Shown piece by piece: positions 11,301-22,016 of a stretch of DNA of 64,000 nt (within the stretch, counting starts at the first letter, position 1; the number at the start of each line of letters is the position of its first letter). This DNA comes from Zootoca vivipara. Taxonomy: Eukaryota. The notes below the pieces were generated by a model that had not been told where the DNA came from, searched no databases, and worked only from the letters and a program-made list of their open reading frames with translations. The stretch lies in NCBI RefSeq assembly GCF_963506605.1, contig NC_083288.1, positions 40,796,001 to 40,860,000 of the forward strand, written 5' to 3'. A program made the translations under genes and the position numbers.

Positions 11301-14300
11301 AGCAGCAGTGGTGAGAGAGGCAGAACTCACAGCACTGACAGCAGCTGATGAGTTTGCCACCCGCATCTTCAGAGAACTGAGAGGGGGGAGGGAGCAGGCA
11401 AAAGACTTTGCAGAACGCAGGGGGCTGCTTTTCTACAAGGGGGCACTGTACCTGCCCACCACCCAGCTTCGACGTAAGGTCCTCAAGCAGATGCACAACA
11501 ACCCAACGGCGGGTCATTTTGGAAGGGACAAAACCGCTCACCTAGTCATGAGACACTTCTGGTGGCCAGGGGTGCGGGAAGATGTTAGAGACTATGTACG
11601 GGGCTGTGACACCTGCCAGCGGGCAAAGGTAGTCAGAGCAGCGCCAGCAGGATTGCTGGAGCCCTTAGCCACACCACACAGGCCGTGGGAAGTGGTGTCC
11701 ATGGAGTTCATCATGGACCTGCCTGCGTCCAGGGGCAAGACCGCAGTGTTGGTGGTGGTGGACCTTATGTCCAAAATGTGCCACTTTATACCGTGTGCCA
11801 GGGCGGTCTCTGCAGAAGAGACAGCCAAACTGTTTGTTGACCACGTATTCAGACTGCATGGATTACCTTTAAGGGTTATTTCGGATCGTGGCCGCCAATT
11901 TGTTTCCAGGTTCTGGAGGCGGCTCATGAACCTCCTGCAGGTGGAGGTCAGCTTATCGATGGCTAGACACCCGCAGACCAACGGACAGGCGGAGAGGGTC
12001 AACGCCATTCTGCAGCAGTACCTGAGATGCTATGTCAGCCAGAGACAAACGGACTGGGTGGATCGCCTGCCACTGGCGGAATTTGCCTACAATAATGCAG
12101 TGCACGTCTCCACAGGGGTGTCGCCCTTTAAGGCCAACTACGGGCGCGACCTCAGATCTTTCCCGGAGAGGGAGGGGGAGGAGGAGGAGGAGGGCCCACT
12201 GGCAGAGGATTGGGCAGAGGAACTGGAGACGGTGCACCAGCAGCTCAGAGAACACTTGGAGAGGGCCAAGGAAGCGTACAAGAAGGGGGCAGATCGCCAC
12301 AGGCGACAAGGGGAGGTCATCAGGGTGGGGGACAAGGTTTGGTTGTCCTCGGAGGGCCTTCCCATTAGAGGGAGGTGCAAAAAGCTGGCGCCCAGACGGC
12401 TGGGCCCCTGCACGGTCACGCAACAGGTCAATCCGGTGGCCTTCAGATTGGCACTACCAGAGGACATGAGGGTGCATCCAGTGTTTCATAGATCGCTGCT
12501 GTCGCCGTACAGGGAAAGCAGCAGGCTCCGAGACAGCGAACAAACCCCCGAGGGAGGGGGGGAGAGGGAAGGCAGGGAGCAACTCAATGAGGCCACGGCC
12601 ATCCTTGATTCACGGAGAGGGGTGGGGGGCCTGGAGTACCTCATGGCATGGGAGGATGCTCCACCGTCACAGAATAAATGGGTCCCAGCCACTCAGATAC
12701 AGGAGGAATTCTTGGTGGAAGAATTTCACGCCCTCTTTCCCCACAGACCCAAGCCCTGGCACATGGAAAGGGAGGGGGAGGGGGAGGGGGAGGAAGTACT
12801 GGAGAGCAGTTCACCATGGGGATGGGAAGCGGAGTTTGAGGAACCAGAGGAAGAAGTATGGGCGTCGCCGAGATCCACCCAGTCAGAGGAAGAAGCAGAC
12901 TGGCAGCACATTTTTACCCCCACCAGCTCTGATGCCACGGACTTTTTGGGATTCCAGTCCTCCCAGGCGGAAGGGGGGGGCTCGCAGGACTGGGGGGAGG
13001 TGTTCACACAAACAGGCTCGGAAAGTACTGAGTTCTTAGGCTTCCAGTCGTCACCGACACCTGGGGGGGACCTGGGGAGGGGCGAAGGGGAGCTTGGGAG
13101 GGGGGTGGATGTGAGGGACAGGGGATATCGCGAAGTCCCTCCCCTCCTGAGTTCAAGCCCATCCCCGAGCACAAGGGAAAGCAGAGAGAGTTCCGATTCC
13201 AGTGGGGAAGCAGGAAGTCGTGTCCGAGGCTCAGGCAAGGTAGCGGAGCCAGGGTCCCAGGTGGGACAGGAAGGGGCAAATAAGGGGGGGAGACCCATCC
13301 CCCCAACTCCGGAATTACGCAGAAAGCGGAGAGGAAAGAGGATGGGTCTACCCAGGCTTTTGTGTTGGAGAAAGACGCGCCAAAAGCCACTCGGAGGTTC
13401 TGAACCCGACTGAACACATAGCTCCGTGTAAATAGCAATGACTTCAGCACTGTAAATACGCAGCACCAATAAAAGAATAAAATGCAGAGCTGTGTAGAGT
13501 CGTTACTCTGAAGTAGCCCGCTCCGGCCACTGTGACAGTTTCCGAGCACAATTCAAAGTGTTGGTACTGACCTTTAAAGCCCTAAACTGCCTTGGTCCTG
13601 TATACCTGAAGGAGCATCTCCACCCCCATCATTCAGCTCGGACACTGAGATCCAGCACCGAGGGCCTTCTGGCGGTTCCCTCATTACGTGAAGTGAGGTT
13701 ACAGGGAACCAGACAGAGGGCCTTCTCAGTAGTGGCACCCGCCCTGTGGAACGCCCTTCCATCGGAGGTCAAGGAGATAAACAACTACCTGACATTTAGT
13801 GGGCAGGGTATAAATCAATGTCTCCTGCTCACCAGGGTAGGAAGATAGAGGTGTGTGCATGTGGATGCGTATAGAAACTAGCCTATTGAACAAACTTTGT
13901 TTCCTGATCTGCATACTTTTGCCTCTCACCCTATCCACTGTCATTTGGCCCCCAGGTGGTCACCAAGAATGAAATACTGACCACAGGCTCAGAAAGCATT
14001 TATATGAGGGGCAGGGAACCCAAGCCATATCTATTTTATTCATCCCTGTATTTTTAATCCTGTTTGCAGAGGCAAATTACTGTTTGCCAAATTCGCTCAT
14101 ACCAATTGGTGGGGTGGGGCGTTTGCAAACCGTCTTACAAACCCAAAAATAAAAAGGCAAGACGTATGAGGAAGAGGTGCTGAGGGAAAATGTAGAGGGG
14201 GTGTGTGATCCGTTATTCAAGGCCAGGACAAAGCGGTGACCCATAGCAAGGCATTTATATGCAGCTCAGGTCAGCCTGATCTTCTCTTGAAACTATTCAT

Positions 14301-17300
14301 GGCTCTTGTTCCTTTGGGCCAATGGATGGAGACAGAACCCCTCTGGTTTTTTTGTTTTGTTTACATAAAGGTAGGGCTTGTCAGAAGACCCCAACAAAGC
14401 AAAGCCTTTGCTCAAAGGGGATGAGAAACTGGGGTTCTCATATCTAAATGATGCTGCACTAGCCCCAGGCCTGAATAATCCAGAGTTTTACCAAATGAAT
14501 GTTTGGTGGTGGTGTTTTAACTACTAGTAAATTCATAGCCACCAAGTTGTTTTGAAAATGTACTACACAGCCATCTTCTCACCCTGCTCCACCCACTAAA
14601 AACTTGAAACGTCAACTCACTTCATGGAAAGCTCGTGTCACAGCTGCAAAAACCCCGTCCATCCGGGCTGCCATGTATATAAAGCTGAGTTCTTCAGTGT
14701 ACCTAGGAAAAGACAAACCACATAACCAAGTCAGCAAGGAGCACAATTCTCACAGCCTGTGCCACTGAGAGAAATGGGAAAGCACTGTACCACAAAAAAG
14801 GGCTGAGCAAGAGTTCCCCACTGGTCTAAATTGTGTAATGATTACTACCGGTTCTACACCGGTTCTCACCCGGTACGCGGGTGGCACTGTGGGTTAAACC
14901 ACAGAGCCTAGGGCTTGCCGATCAGAAGGTTGGCAGTTTGAATCCCCACGACGGGGTAAGCTCCTGTTGCTCGGTCCCAGCTCCTGCCAACCTAGCAGTT
15001 CGAAAGCACGTCAAAGTGCAAGTAGATAAATAGGTACCACTAAAGCAGAAAGGAAAACGGCGTTTCCGTGTGCTGCTCTGGTTCGCCAGAAGCGGCTTTG
15101 TCATGCTGGCCACATGATCTGGAAGCTGTACGCCAGCTCCCTCGGCCAATAACGCGAGATGAGCGCCGCAACCCCAGTGACGGTCACGACTGGACCTAAT
15201 GGTCAGGGGTCCCTTTACCGGTTCTTGCTATCGACTTATCCCTGTTACAATAAAGAGCCAGGTGTCTTCTGCAGGCTAGCCAATTTTAATTCAACCATTT
15301 GAGAACCTCAGCTTTCCATTTAAGTAATAATGAACAATCTTCTAGTTCTTAGCGTTAAGACAAAATATGAACAGAGGCGGGCGAGAGTCTCAAAAGGCAG
15401 GCAACAGCAAAAAAAAGTATATATAAAATATTTGGATATGGATTTGGTAGCATATAGTTGTCAAAAGAACAGATCAGGACCATGGCCCATCTGGTCCAGC
15501 CTTCTGCTCCCATAATGGCTAACTAGATTATTGTGCAAAGCCCACAAGCAGGAAATGAGGGTGATAGCCCTATTCTACTTGCAGCTGATATTCAGACCCA
15601 CTTTACCTCTGGTACTAGAAGCAGTAAACATCCATTCTGCATAGCAGCCACCAACAGACAGTGCTACTCTCCATGAATTTATCTGAAGCCAAATAAGAAT
15701 GCATGTCCAGGACCACATAAGTTTGCTGCAGATTACTCTGTTTGGAATAAGCCACCATATTTATTCTCTATATTTAGAATGTGAAACAAAAAGAGAAAGG
15801 CTTTGCAAAAAAAGAAAGGATTTTATCTGCTACTCTGCATTCAGCAATATGAGACGGCATGCTATGCTCACGCCAAATCTTCCCAAGAGAATCCGGTCCT
15901 TGGTTTCTGGCAAGGTCCCCAGGACACTCACTTCAGCTCCTCCCAGTGGTAAGTTGCTTTTCGGAGGGCATCCAAGACCTTTTTCTGCAGCTTCGCCTCG
16001 GCTTGCTCATCCAGAGGGCCCGTTGCATCTGAGACAGAAGAAGTCGAATTATTTTATTTAATCCTACTCTTCTCCCACACTAGTATAAATCATTATTCAA
16101 CCCCCTATCTCCCACCCATCCCCATGCAACAACATGTGAGATAAGTCAGGCTAAAGGAGTGTGACTAGCTCAAGATCGCCCAGCAGGTTACATGGCTAAG
16201 TTGGGAATAGCGTCATAACCTCACTCTCTGGAAATAGGTACTGTCTCCTCCACAACTACCCCACAAATCTGCACTCACTTTTCTTCTCCTGAAATTTCTG
16301 CTCCAATTCACGAGCCTTCCTGTGCAGATCTGCAGCCTCCAGGGGGCGTTTGCGGCTCCACAGGTAGTTGGTGAGGGCCTTGGTTTGTTGCTCCAGATTC
16401 CGCATGGAGGATTCTGGGGGGAACAAAAAGCTAGTCAGTGTATGGGCACCTACAGAAGCTCTAACTTGAAGACTCAAAGCTCTTTTTCAGCTTGTTATGA
16501 TGCTATCAACATGCAGGGAACTTTCTTATCAGGGGATGAGCAACGGGTAGTAAGTACATCCCCCCAAAAAAATCTGCACTAAATAAGCAAGGGGTTTTGA
16601 ATTTTAATTATTTAATAAAGGCAGCAACAAAACAGAAGTCTTTTGCTCCCCAATCTGTCACCAACTCAAAATGTGGGTGTGTACAGTCATACCTCGTGTT
16701 GTGTTCCGCTCTTGTTACAGACTTTCAGCTTCCGAATGCAGCAAACCTGGAAGTTTTTACTTCCGGGTTCGCCGCCCGCACAAGCGCTCAATCACACCGT
16801 GCACATGCGCAGAAGAGGCGCTCTTGTTGCGGACTTTTCGGGCTGTGAATGGCACACCGAAACGGATTAAGTCCGCAACTAGATGAACCACTGTACTTGC
16901 ACAACAAGGGTGGGGAAGCGCTTAATTATTTATTGATTAAAGAAATGTATATCTTGCTTTTCCCAATGTGGGTCTCCAGGAAGCTTACAGCTATAAAATA
17001 TAAAGGTAAAGGGACCCCTGAACATTAGGTCCAGTCGCAGACGACTCGGGGGTTGCGGCGCTCATCTCACTTTACTGGCCGAGGGAGCCGGCGTACAGCT
17101 TCCAGGTCATGTGGCCAGCATGACTAAGCCGCTTCTGGCGAACTAGAGCAGCACACGGAAACGCCGTTTACCTTCCCGCCAGAGCGGTACCTATTTATCT
17201 ACTTGCACTTCGTGCTTTCGAACTGAAACTGAAACTCAGTAGGGATGGTGCCTGTCTAACTTTTTGCAAGAGGGAGTTGCACAGAGTTAGGTCCACAACA

Positions 17301-20140
17301 CTTGAAGGCTTAATTTTTCATTGATGCAAGTCCAAATCCCAGCACCTCCTTGAGGAATAAGCTACAAAATATTATTTTTATTATTATTGTTGTTGTTTAT
17401 TCATGCAGATTATTTATATCCTGCCTTTCTGATACATTTGCATTGCTCAGAGGAACAATACAATAAAAAGCAATCACTGCACATGTGTGTATACTCACTC
17501 TCTCTCTCTCCCTCCCTCCCTACCTAACATCAAAATAAGAAAACGAAGTCCCAAGGACCATTCCCTCTTCAAGGCTAGGAGACCTGTAGTCCTCCAGAGT
17601 TTACAGGTCTACAACTCTTATTTCTGACTACTGTCCATGCTGATTGGGAGTTGTAGTCCAACACACCCTGTAGGGTCACGTATTCTCCAGCCCCAATATA
17701 CAACATCATGGGACCAAGAAAACAACAATAGTTTATTACAAAATCATTCTTTAACTCCGCACCTCTGGAGTTGGGAAGAGTGAACTCAGCCCACCCAGCA
17801 AATCCATGAAGTGCATGAGAATCTTCTACCCTTCACCCCACCTCACATATCACAGAGGTGCCATTGTTAATGGGTTTTACTTACCAGTTACCAGAAAGTG
17901 AGCTACTTCTACCAGTTCAGGAGGAAGCCTAACATTTTTGAGATGGAGGATGCCCGGGTGCTGGCGATGTGGAATTTTGCCCAAGAAATCGGAAGAATTA
18001 TCTACTTGGGAGACCTTCGGTATGACAGTAGCCAGGCCCTGAGGGTAGACAAACAGAAAAAAGGGCTAGTTATGAGACCCAAAGACATGTTCGCAGCCAG
18101 GCAGAACTACAGCAGTGTTACAAACTGAGATATTAAAGAGCTAAATGGCACCTTAAAACTAGGTTATGGGCACAACCATGGAATGTCTAGGCACACTTTT
18201 AAAAAACCAGAATACACAGCTGAAAATGAATGAACTGGAGCTAAAATATTTCATTTTCACATGGTCTAGTCGTTACCCTGCCCACCCCCCCACTAATACT
18301 CCTTAGAGTAGCAGAAAGTGGGAGACAGAAAAAGGTCCTCCTTTCCTTCCACTCTGCAATTTTAATCTGAAATCTTAGGCTCAGTACTAAGCTCAGAAAC
18401 GGCTTGTGCTAATGAAATTCCCTGTTGCAAAATCCACCTAGATTAGAACAATGGTAGTTTCAAACACTGAACTATAGGGAGTAATGCAGGTTTATGCGGC
18501 CAAGGAAAGTAGTAGAAGGGCAACATTGCTAAGCTAGAGAGGCCCAATCCAGCACCTCTTTGCCAAACAGTGACCATCCACATCCCTAAGAAGCTCAGAG
18601 AAACAAACTTGCTAGTCTTCAAAACAATTTTTAATTGTTTGCTTTTATGCATTTCACAATGCTTTCTTATATTCATAGAAGTGTATCTATTTCACCATAT
18701 CATAAAGTATCAGGGCAACAATAAAAAAACACCATGGGGGGAATACTAAAAATCATCAGAATGCCTGTCTAGAGTTGCAAAGCTATGTTGGCATAAAACA
18801 ATCTTGCTGCTGTTGTGAGCTGCTTTGATAATAATAATAATAATAATTTATTATTTATACCCCGTCCCTATCTTTGAGTGGAAAAGATATACATACAATA
18901 CATACACAGAGAGAAAGAGAAGAGAAATGTAAACAAATAAGACTAGCATGGCATAAATAACCACCTGGTGGAAGTATGAACTTCATTATTCCAAGTGAGG
19001 GGAGAATGGTGGGCTAACCAACAAGTCATAGAGCCAAAAATTGGGGGTGGAACATTTGTGTCTTATCCATTTGCAAGCCGCTTTGAGGTTGTATGAATTT
19101 TACACACATTTCATGAAACAAACGGACAAAGTACAACCAAGCAGAATCCAGAGGAAGTCAAGTGGGGCCCCAAAAGAATAAAAATAACCACAATTATTGA
19201 TGGATCCACATTTTAGTTAGGGGTGCTGGTGGTCTTCATCGCCACCACTATTATTATTGCAATTATTAAGGCTGCATGCAATTTCATAACATTTGCATGC
19301 TGCTAGGTTGCTTTAAAAACAAACAAACAAACAAACAAAAATAATCGTCCTCGAAGCAGTTTTCAAAAAGAGAATAAAGCAATAAAATTATTAGTGTAAC
19401 CAATTCAACCCCCCCACCACCCAAATCCCGAAAACCAGGAATAAACTAAAAGACACACCAACATTTTAGGTTTATCTGGGTAGACACTGCGGTGTGTTTA
19501 CAACCTGAGAGCATCACATTCTCCCATAAGCCACAGTTCAGGAAAGTCTGATCACCCGCAAATTAATGGCACAAGCTACAGTAGTGATGTATGGAAGTTA
19601 GAGCTCGACCATAAAGAAGGCTCATCGCCGAAGAATTGATGCTTTTCAATTATGGTCCTGCAGGAGACTCCTGAGAGTCCCATGGACTGCAAGATCAAAT
19701 CTATCCATTCTTAAGGAAATCAGCCCTGAGTGCTCACTGGAAGGACAGATCCTGAAGCTCAGGCTCCAATACTTTGGCCACCTCATGAGAAGAGAAGACT
19801 CCTTGGAAAAGACCCTGATGTTGGGAAAGATTGAGGGCACAAGGAGAGGACGAGATGGTTGGACAGTGTTCTCAAAGCCACCAACATGAGTCTGACCAAA
19901 CTGCGGGAGGCAGTGGAAGACAGGAGTGCCTGGCGTGCTCTGGTCCATGGGGTCACGAAGAGTCGGACACGACTAAACAACAACAACCTAATAAACTCAG
20001 GCCTAAAGAAAGCCTGTAAATGCAAAGTTTGCAGCGCCCCCAGCCCTTTCGCGGATAAACGGGGGCGAAGGGGAAAAAATACCCACTCTAAACGCCGTAA
20101 GATAATTCCACGTTTTCCCCAAGCACCTCGCAGCCGCCAT
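2155..20140 (-). CDS. METTL17: METTL17 (mitochondrial small-subunit assembly factor, methyltransferase-like), exons 1-11; 3' end outside window
   Basis: Exons 20140-20087, 18038-17885, 16413-16279, 16028-15932, 14702-14621, 7055-6982, 6697-6603, 5097-5027, 4188-4081, 3361-3293, 2205-2155; all GT-AG with consistent phases (990 nt). Motifs [25 protein letters not shown] (SAM motif I), [19 protein letters not shown]. Confidence 0.97.
2790..3038 (+). mobile_element. Rex-Babar-like LINE 3' end with (CTATT)n tail
   Basis: KNSFFPRAI-type C-terminus, GACAATAAAG, then microsatellite tail. Confidence 0.6.
3293..3361 (-). CDS. METTL17: METTL17 exon 10 ([23 protein letters not shown])
   Basis: ttccag / gtgagg splice sites; peptide match. 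Confidence 0.95.
4081..4188 (-). CDS. METTL17: METTL17 exon 9 ([12 protein letters not shown]...LWRKTGGFL)
   Basis: tgcag / gtaagt; peptide match. Confidence 0.95.
4568..4657. mobile_element. Tiny hAT-type MITE
   Basis: TIR CATAGCTGCCAAGTT, 8-bp TSD AGCAGAAG; sister copy at 48447-48518. Confidence 0.85.
5027..5097 (-). CDS. METTL17: METTL17 exon 8 ([23 protein letters not shown])
   Basis: cccag / gtaata; peptide match. Confidence 0.95.
5350..6010 (-). mobile_element. L2-clade LINE 3' fragment with (TAAA)n tail
   Basis: [22 protein letters not shown]...IQNVAARL remnant. Confidence 0.85.
6110..6345 (-). mobile_element. tRNA-derived SINE with (TTC)n-like tail
   Basis: Minus-strand head GTGATGTAGCGGTTAAGAGC...CCGGGTTTG (A/B-box-like). 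Confidence 0.6.
6603..6697 (-). CDS. METTL17: METTL17 exon 7 ([19 protein letters not shown]...)
   Basis: tttag / gtgaga; peptide match. Confidence 0.95.
6982..7055 (-). CDS. METTL17: METTL17 exon 6 ([25 protein letters not shown])
   Basis: ttcag / gtgaga; SAM-binding motif I. Confidence 0.96.
7140..7650 (+). mobile_element. L1-clade LINE 3' end
   Basis: ORF2 C-terminus-like ...APKWK...EEW...DWKMFTEY, then AATAAA and an A-rich tail. Confidence 0.75.
7720..8147 (+). repeat. 5' LTR
   Basis: TGTGAGG...TGTGACA; AATAAA twice; one visible mismatch to the 3' LTR. Confidence 0.97.
8150..8160 (+). promoter_or_regulatory. Self-priming primer-binding site
   Basis: AACCTCCGAGT is the exact complement of LTR 7999-8009 ACTCGGAGGTT; no tRNA-type TGG PBS. 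Confidence 0.85.
8191..9417 (+). CDS. Retrotransposon Gag (coiled coil, capsid, CCHC zinc knuckle)
   Basis: First ATG at 8191; LTGAAREW, Qxxx[25 protein letters not shown]. Confidence 0.92.
   Translation: MSASEAEKWRQIAEKAQQDLQQLALQAQGELKAAKEETKKVQEDRLQLAEQVRALQEKEQQLRAVAVELQNKLDAEKNKAGGGPQLQVLPGRRAGTLVSKFNGDPREYHGFETEIVYALELHHDEFPDDEHRVAFIVEHLTGAAREWLRPLIATKNPCMKNVKLFLEALKTMYASDSHMDQTKEELHNLRQRTMTVREYWARFTMLVHRLGWELHSPPMEAAFYLGLNEDVKDELSRGPKPSNMDQLSKAALAVGVRQESRWNDKQATRAKRAWFPRSQEKPLPQQPFQATPGASQDQEPMQIDSARAWAFQTPAATRRKEGRGGNCFLCNSPQHLVRDCPHRREWQGKAGTVVPSPTDAAPQQGNGKAWLQETRGSSQAQSADNSPSPPTRTARSRASPPRPEQEWF
9282..9351 (+). promoter_or_regulatory. -1 ribosomal frameshift signal (G GGA AAC plus pseudoknot)
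   Basis: Slippery heptamer in the gag frame; -1 frame open into the protease; stem 9295-9304/9320-9329; loop GGGGC pairs with 9347-9351. Confidence 0.8.
9288..13413 (+). pseudogene. Pol (protease LIDSGA, RT FLDD, RNase H, integrase with HHCC and catalytic core, chromodomain) with three lesions
   Basis: Frame changes in C-runs at ~9610-9619 and ~9682-9687, in-frame TAG at 10264-10266; 10303-13413 is open and ends inside the 3' LTR. Confidence 0.9.
13110..13537 (+). repeat. 3' LTR
   Basis: Direct repeat of 7720-8147, preceded by the purine tract GGGAGGGGGGTGGA. Confidence 0.97.
13543..13797 (+). mobile_element. L2-clade LINE fragment, the target of the Gypsy insertion
   Basis: Same family as 5350-6010; consensus ACGTTTCCGAGC is split by the LTR element. 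Confidence 0.8.
14621..14702 (-). CDS. METTL17: METTL17 exon 5 ([27 protein letters not shown])
   Basis: cctag / gtgagt; peptide match. Confidence 0.96.
14872..15218 (+). mobile_element. Sauria SINE
   Basis: tRNA-like head GGTGGCACTGTGGGTTAAACC, tail CCCTTTAC; multiple copies in window. Confidence 0.9.
15932..16028 (-). CDS. METTL17: METTL17 exon 4 (...[17 protein letters not shown])
   Basis: ctcag / gtgagt; peptide match. Confidence 0.93.
16279..16413 (-). CDS. METTL17: METTL17 exon 3 ([25 protein letters not shown]...)
   Basis: cccag / gtgagt; peptide match. Confidence 0.95.
16684..16893. mobile_element. Tigger-type MITE
   Basis: TA|CAGTCATACCTC ... GAACCACTG|TA. Confidence 0.7.
17002..17223 (-). 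mobile_element. Sauria SINE, 5'-truncated
   Basis: AAAGGTAAAGGGACCCCTG tail and body match other copies. Confidence 0.9.
17885..18038 (-). CDS. METTL17: METTL17 exon 2 ([31 protein letters not shown]...)
   Basis: ctcag / gtaagt; peptide match. Confidence 0.96.
19579..19987 (+). mobile_element. RTE-BovB 3' fragment with (CAA)n tail
   Basis: Matches the 3' end of the 54071-55960 element. Confidence 0.9.
20087..20140 (-). CDS. METTL17: METTL17 exon 1 coding part ([18 protein letters not shown], transit-peptide-like)
   Basis: aagATGG Kozak; AGA|gtgggt donor gives the phase 0 required by exon 2. Confidence 0.8.
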
Positions 20141-20360
20141 CTTCGGAAGGGAATGGGTGCTCGTCGCGCCGTCGCATAAACGCTCCTCCCTCCCCCGAGT
20201 CTCATCCCAGCCGCCATCTTGGGAAGGGCACTGACCCAAGATCATATAAGCGCATGCGCGTAACTCTCCACAGAGCGAGGGCAAGCCAGAGAGGGAGGCG
20301 CCTGGTGTCCACGCCCGCTAAGCTGCTGATTGGCCCCAGAGTCACCAATTATCAGCAGCA
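20130..20360 (-). promoter_or_regulatory. METTL17 CpG-rich promoter: two YY1 motifs, NRF1 site, CCAAT boxes
   Basis: GCCGCCATCTT twice (~20133, ~20210); GCGCATGCGC at 20250-20259; ATTGG ~20329 and CCAAT ~20345. Confidence 0.75.
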
Positions 20361-21462
20361 GCCTCCCCTCAGTTGTTGGTCCCTTTTTTAAAAAAAAGTA
20401 AAAGAAGAGCGGTGTATTTGCATACTGCTCGCTGATTCGCTCGTTTGGCATTCTAAGGCCGTGATGTGCCCGCCTGCTTCCTTTAGCTTATCAGTAATAC
20501 GGCAGTTTGTTCTCTTTGAGTTCAGAGCATGGCTGCGCGTGTGAGCTTGGCTGAGTGAGCGTGCATATTATTATTATTTCTTCTTGCGCTTGCAAAAAAT
20601 AATAATGCGTTTTTGGGTCTCTGAAGCTTGAACTGTTATGGAGACCCATTCGCAAGTAGCAAGCAGCTCTAGATAACTACTGTTATCTTCAGTGAGGTTG
20701 TTCCGCGACAGTTACCACATTTATTTATTTTTTAATTAGCTACTACATCTCAGTCTTTGATTAAAATTGCTGTACTGGATTATTTCACATTTCAGAGTCA
20801 CTGATGTGAATAAAAATTTACTGTGCCTTATAGTTTTCAAGTCATTATGGGGGGGGGGGGGAGGATGAAAATGAGGGAAATACTAGATACATGCACGATG
20901 AATCGTAGAATGATGAAATAAAACGAAGAAAAGACGCCAGTCAATATAATCTTTTATTTTAGACACCTCTGGGAATACATACTACATTAAGCACAGGTGT
21001 ATATAACAAATCTCTATAGCAGAAATCTCTCTTCCCAAAAAGCTGAGATCCTCCCTTCAGAGCTCAGTTTCTTTTGCACCTTTGAAATTATATGTACTGA
21101 ATGCACATTGGCCAATAGATTATGCTGCCTGTGGGGAAAAAACAGGGTGGAACAGCAATGGGCTAATTACATTGGAAAAGGACCAAACTTAGGAGGTCAT
21201 ATAAACCATGAAATCCCATGGCCATTTATGTGAATAAAGAGCAGCAAGTGTGTAAGTTGTAGATTTGTGCATACATTATGTATTTTATTTTATTTTTGAA
21301 CATAATTCCTGAACTTAAAAAAACCACACCCAACTATATTAGAGTAACAGAAACAAGTGAGCACTTGGTGTACAAGGTGATCTGACACAGGACAAAGCTT
21401 GAGTGCAACTGTATCCACAAATCTGTATTGAATCTGTATTCATCGAGCATCCCTCATTCAAA

Positions 21463-22016
21463 CGAGATTAAAATAAAAATAAAAAATCCTTCCAGTAGCA
21501 CCTTAGAGACCAACTAAGTTTGTCATAGGTATGAGCTTTCGTGTGCATGCACACTTCTTCAGATACACTGAAACAGAAGTCACCAGACCCTTATGTATAG
21601 TCAGAGGGTGGGGTGGGGGGGTGATGGGAATGGGTGATGGGCTGATAGGAGTGGTAAACCTGTTGATGACTGTTAACGACTGTTAATGGCTGCAATTGGT
21701 CTTGTAGGAAAAAGCAAGGGCTGAGGTGCTAAAGAAAGCTTGATCATGTATAATGAGATAAGAATCCTATGTCTCTGTTCATACCAGGTCTCTCCATGGT
21801 TTTAAGCTTGGTAATGAGTTGCAATTCAGCAATTTCTCTTTGCAGTCTGTTTCTGAAATTTTTCCTTAATAAAACAGCTGCTTTGAGATCTTGTATAGAA
21901 TGCCCTGGGAGATTGAAGTGTTCTCCTACTGGTTTCTCTGTCCTACTGGTTTCTCCTACTGGTGTTCTCCTACTGGTTTTTGACTGCGTCAGACCAACAC
22001 GGCTACCTACCTGTAA
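21463..22016 (-). mobile_element. Penelope-like element fragment (pseudo-LTR plus GIY-YIG C-terminus)
   Basis: Minus strand EHFNLPGHSIQDL...REIAELQLI; GTAGCACCTTAGAGACCAAC and ACACGGCTACC termini; related solo unit at 43597-43722. Confidence 0.75.

Larger units (their letters stand above)
7720..13537 (+). mobile_element. Full-length Ty3/Gypsy chromovirus (sushi/Tf1-like) LTR retrotransposon, antisense in METTL17 intron 5
   Basis: 428-bp TG..CA LTRs (7720-8147, 13110-13537), 5-bp TSD GTTTC (7715-7719, 13538-13542), PPT before the 3' LTR, gag-PR-RT-RH-IN-chromodomain order. Confidence 0.97.

Noticed and set aside
14922-15149. Recurrent [15 protein letters not shown] peptides (also at 24948, 32720, 40320)
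   Set aside because: Antisense translations of Sauria SINE copies, not a gene family.
19783-20217. 144-aa ORF as the METTL17 N-terminus
   Set aside because: Out of phase with exon 2 at the best donor and runs into BovB sequence.
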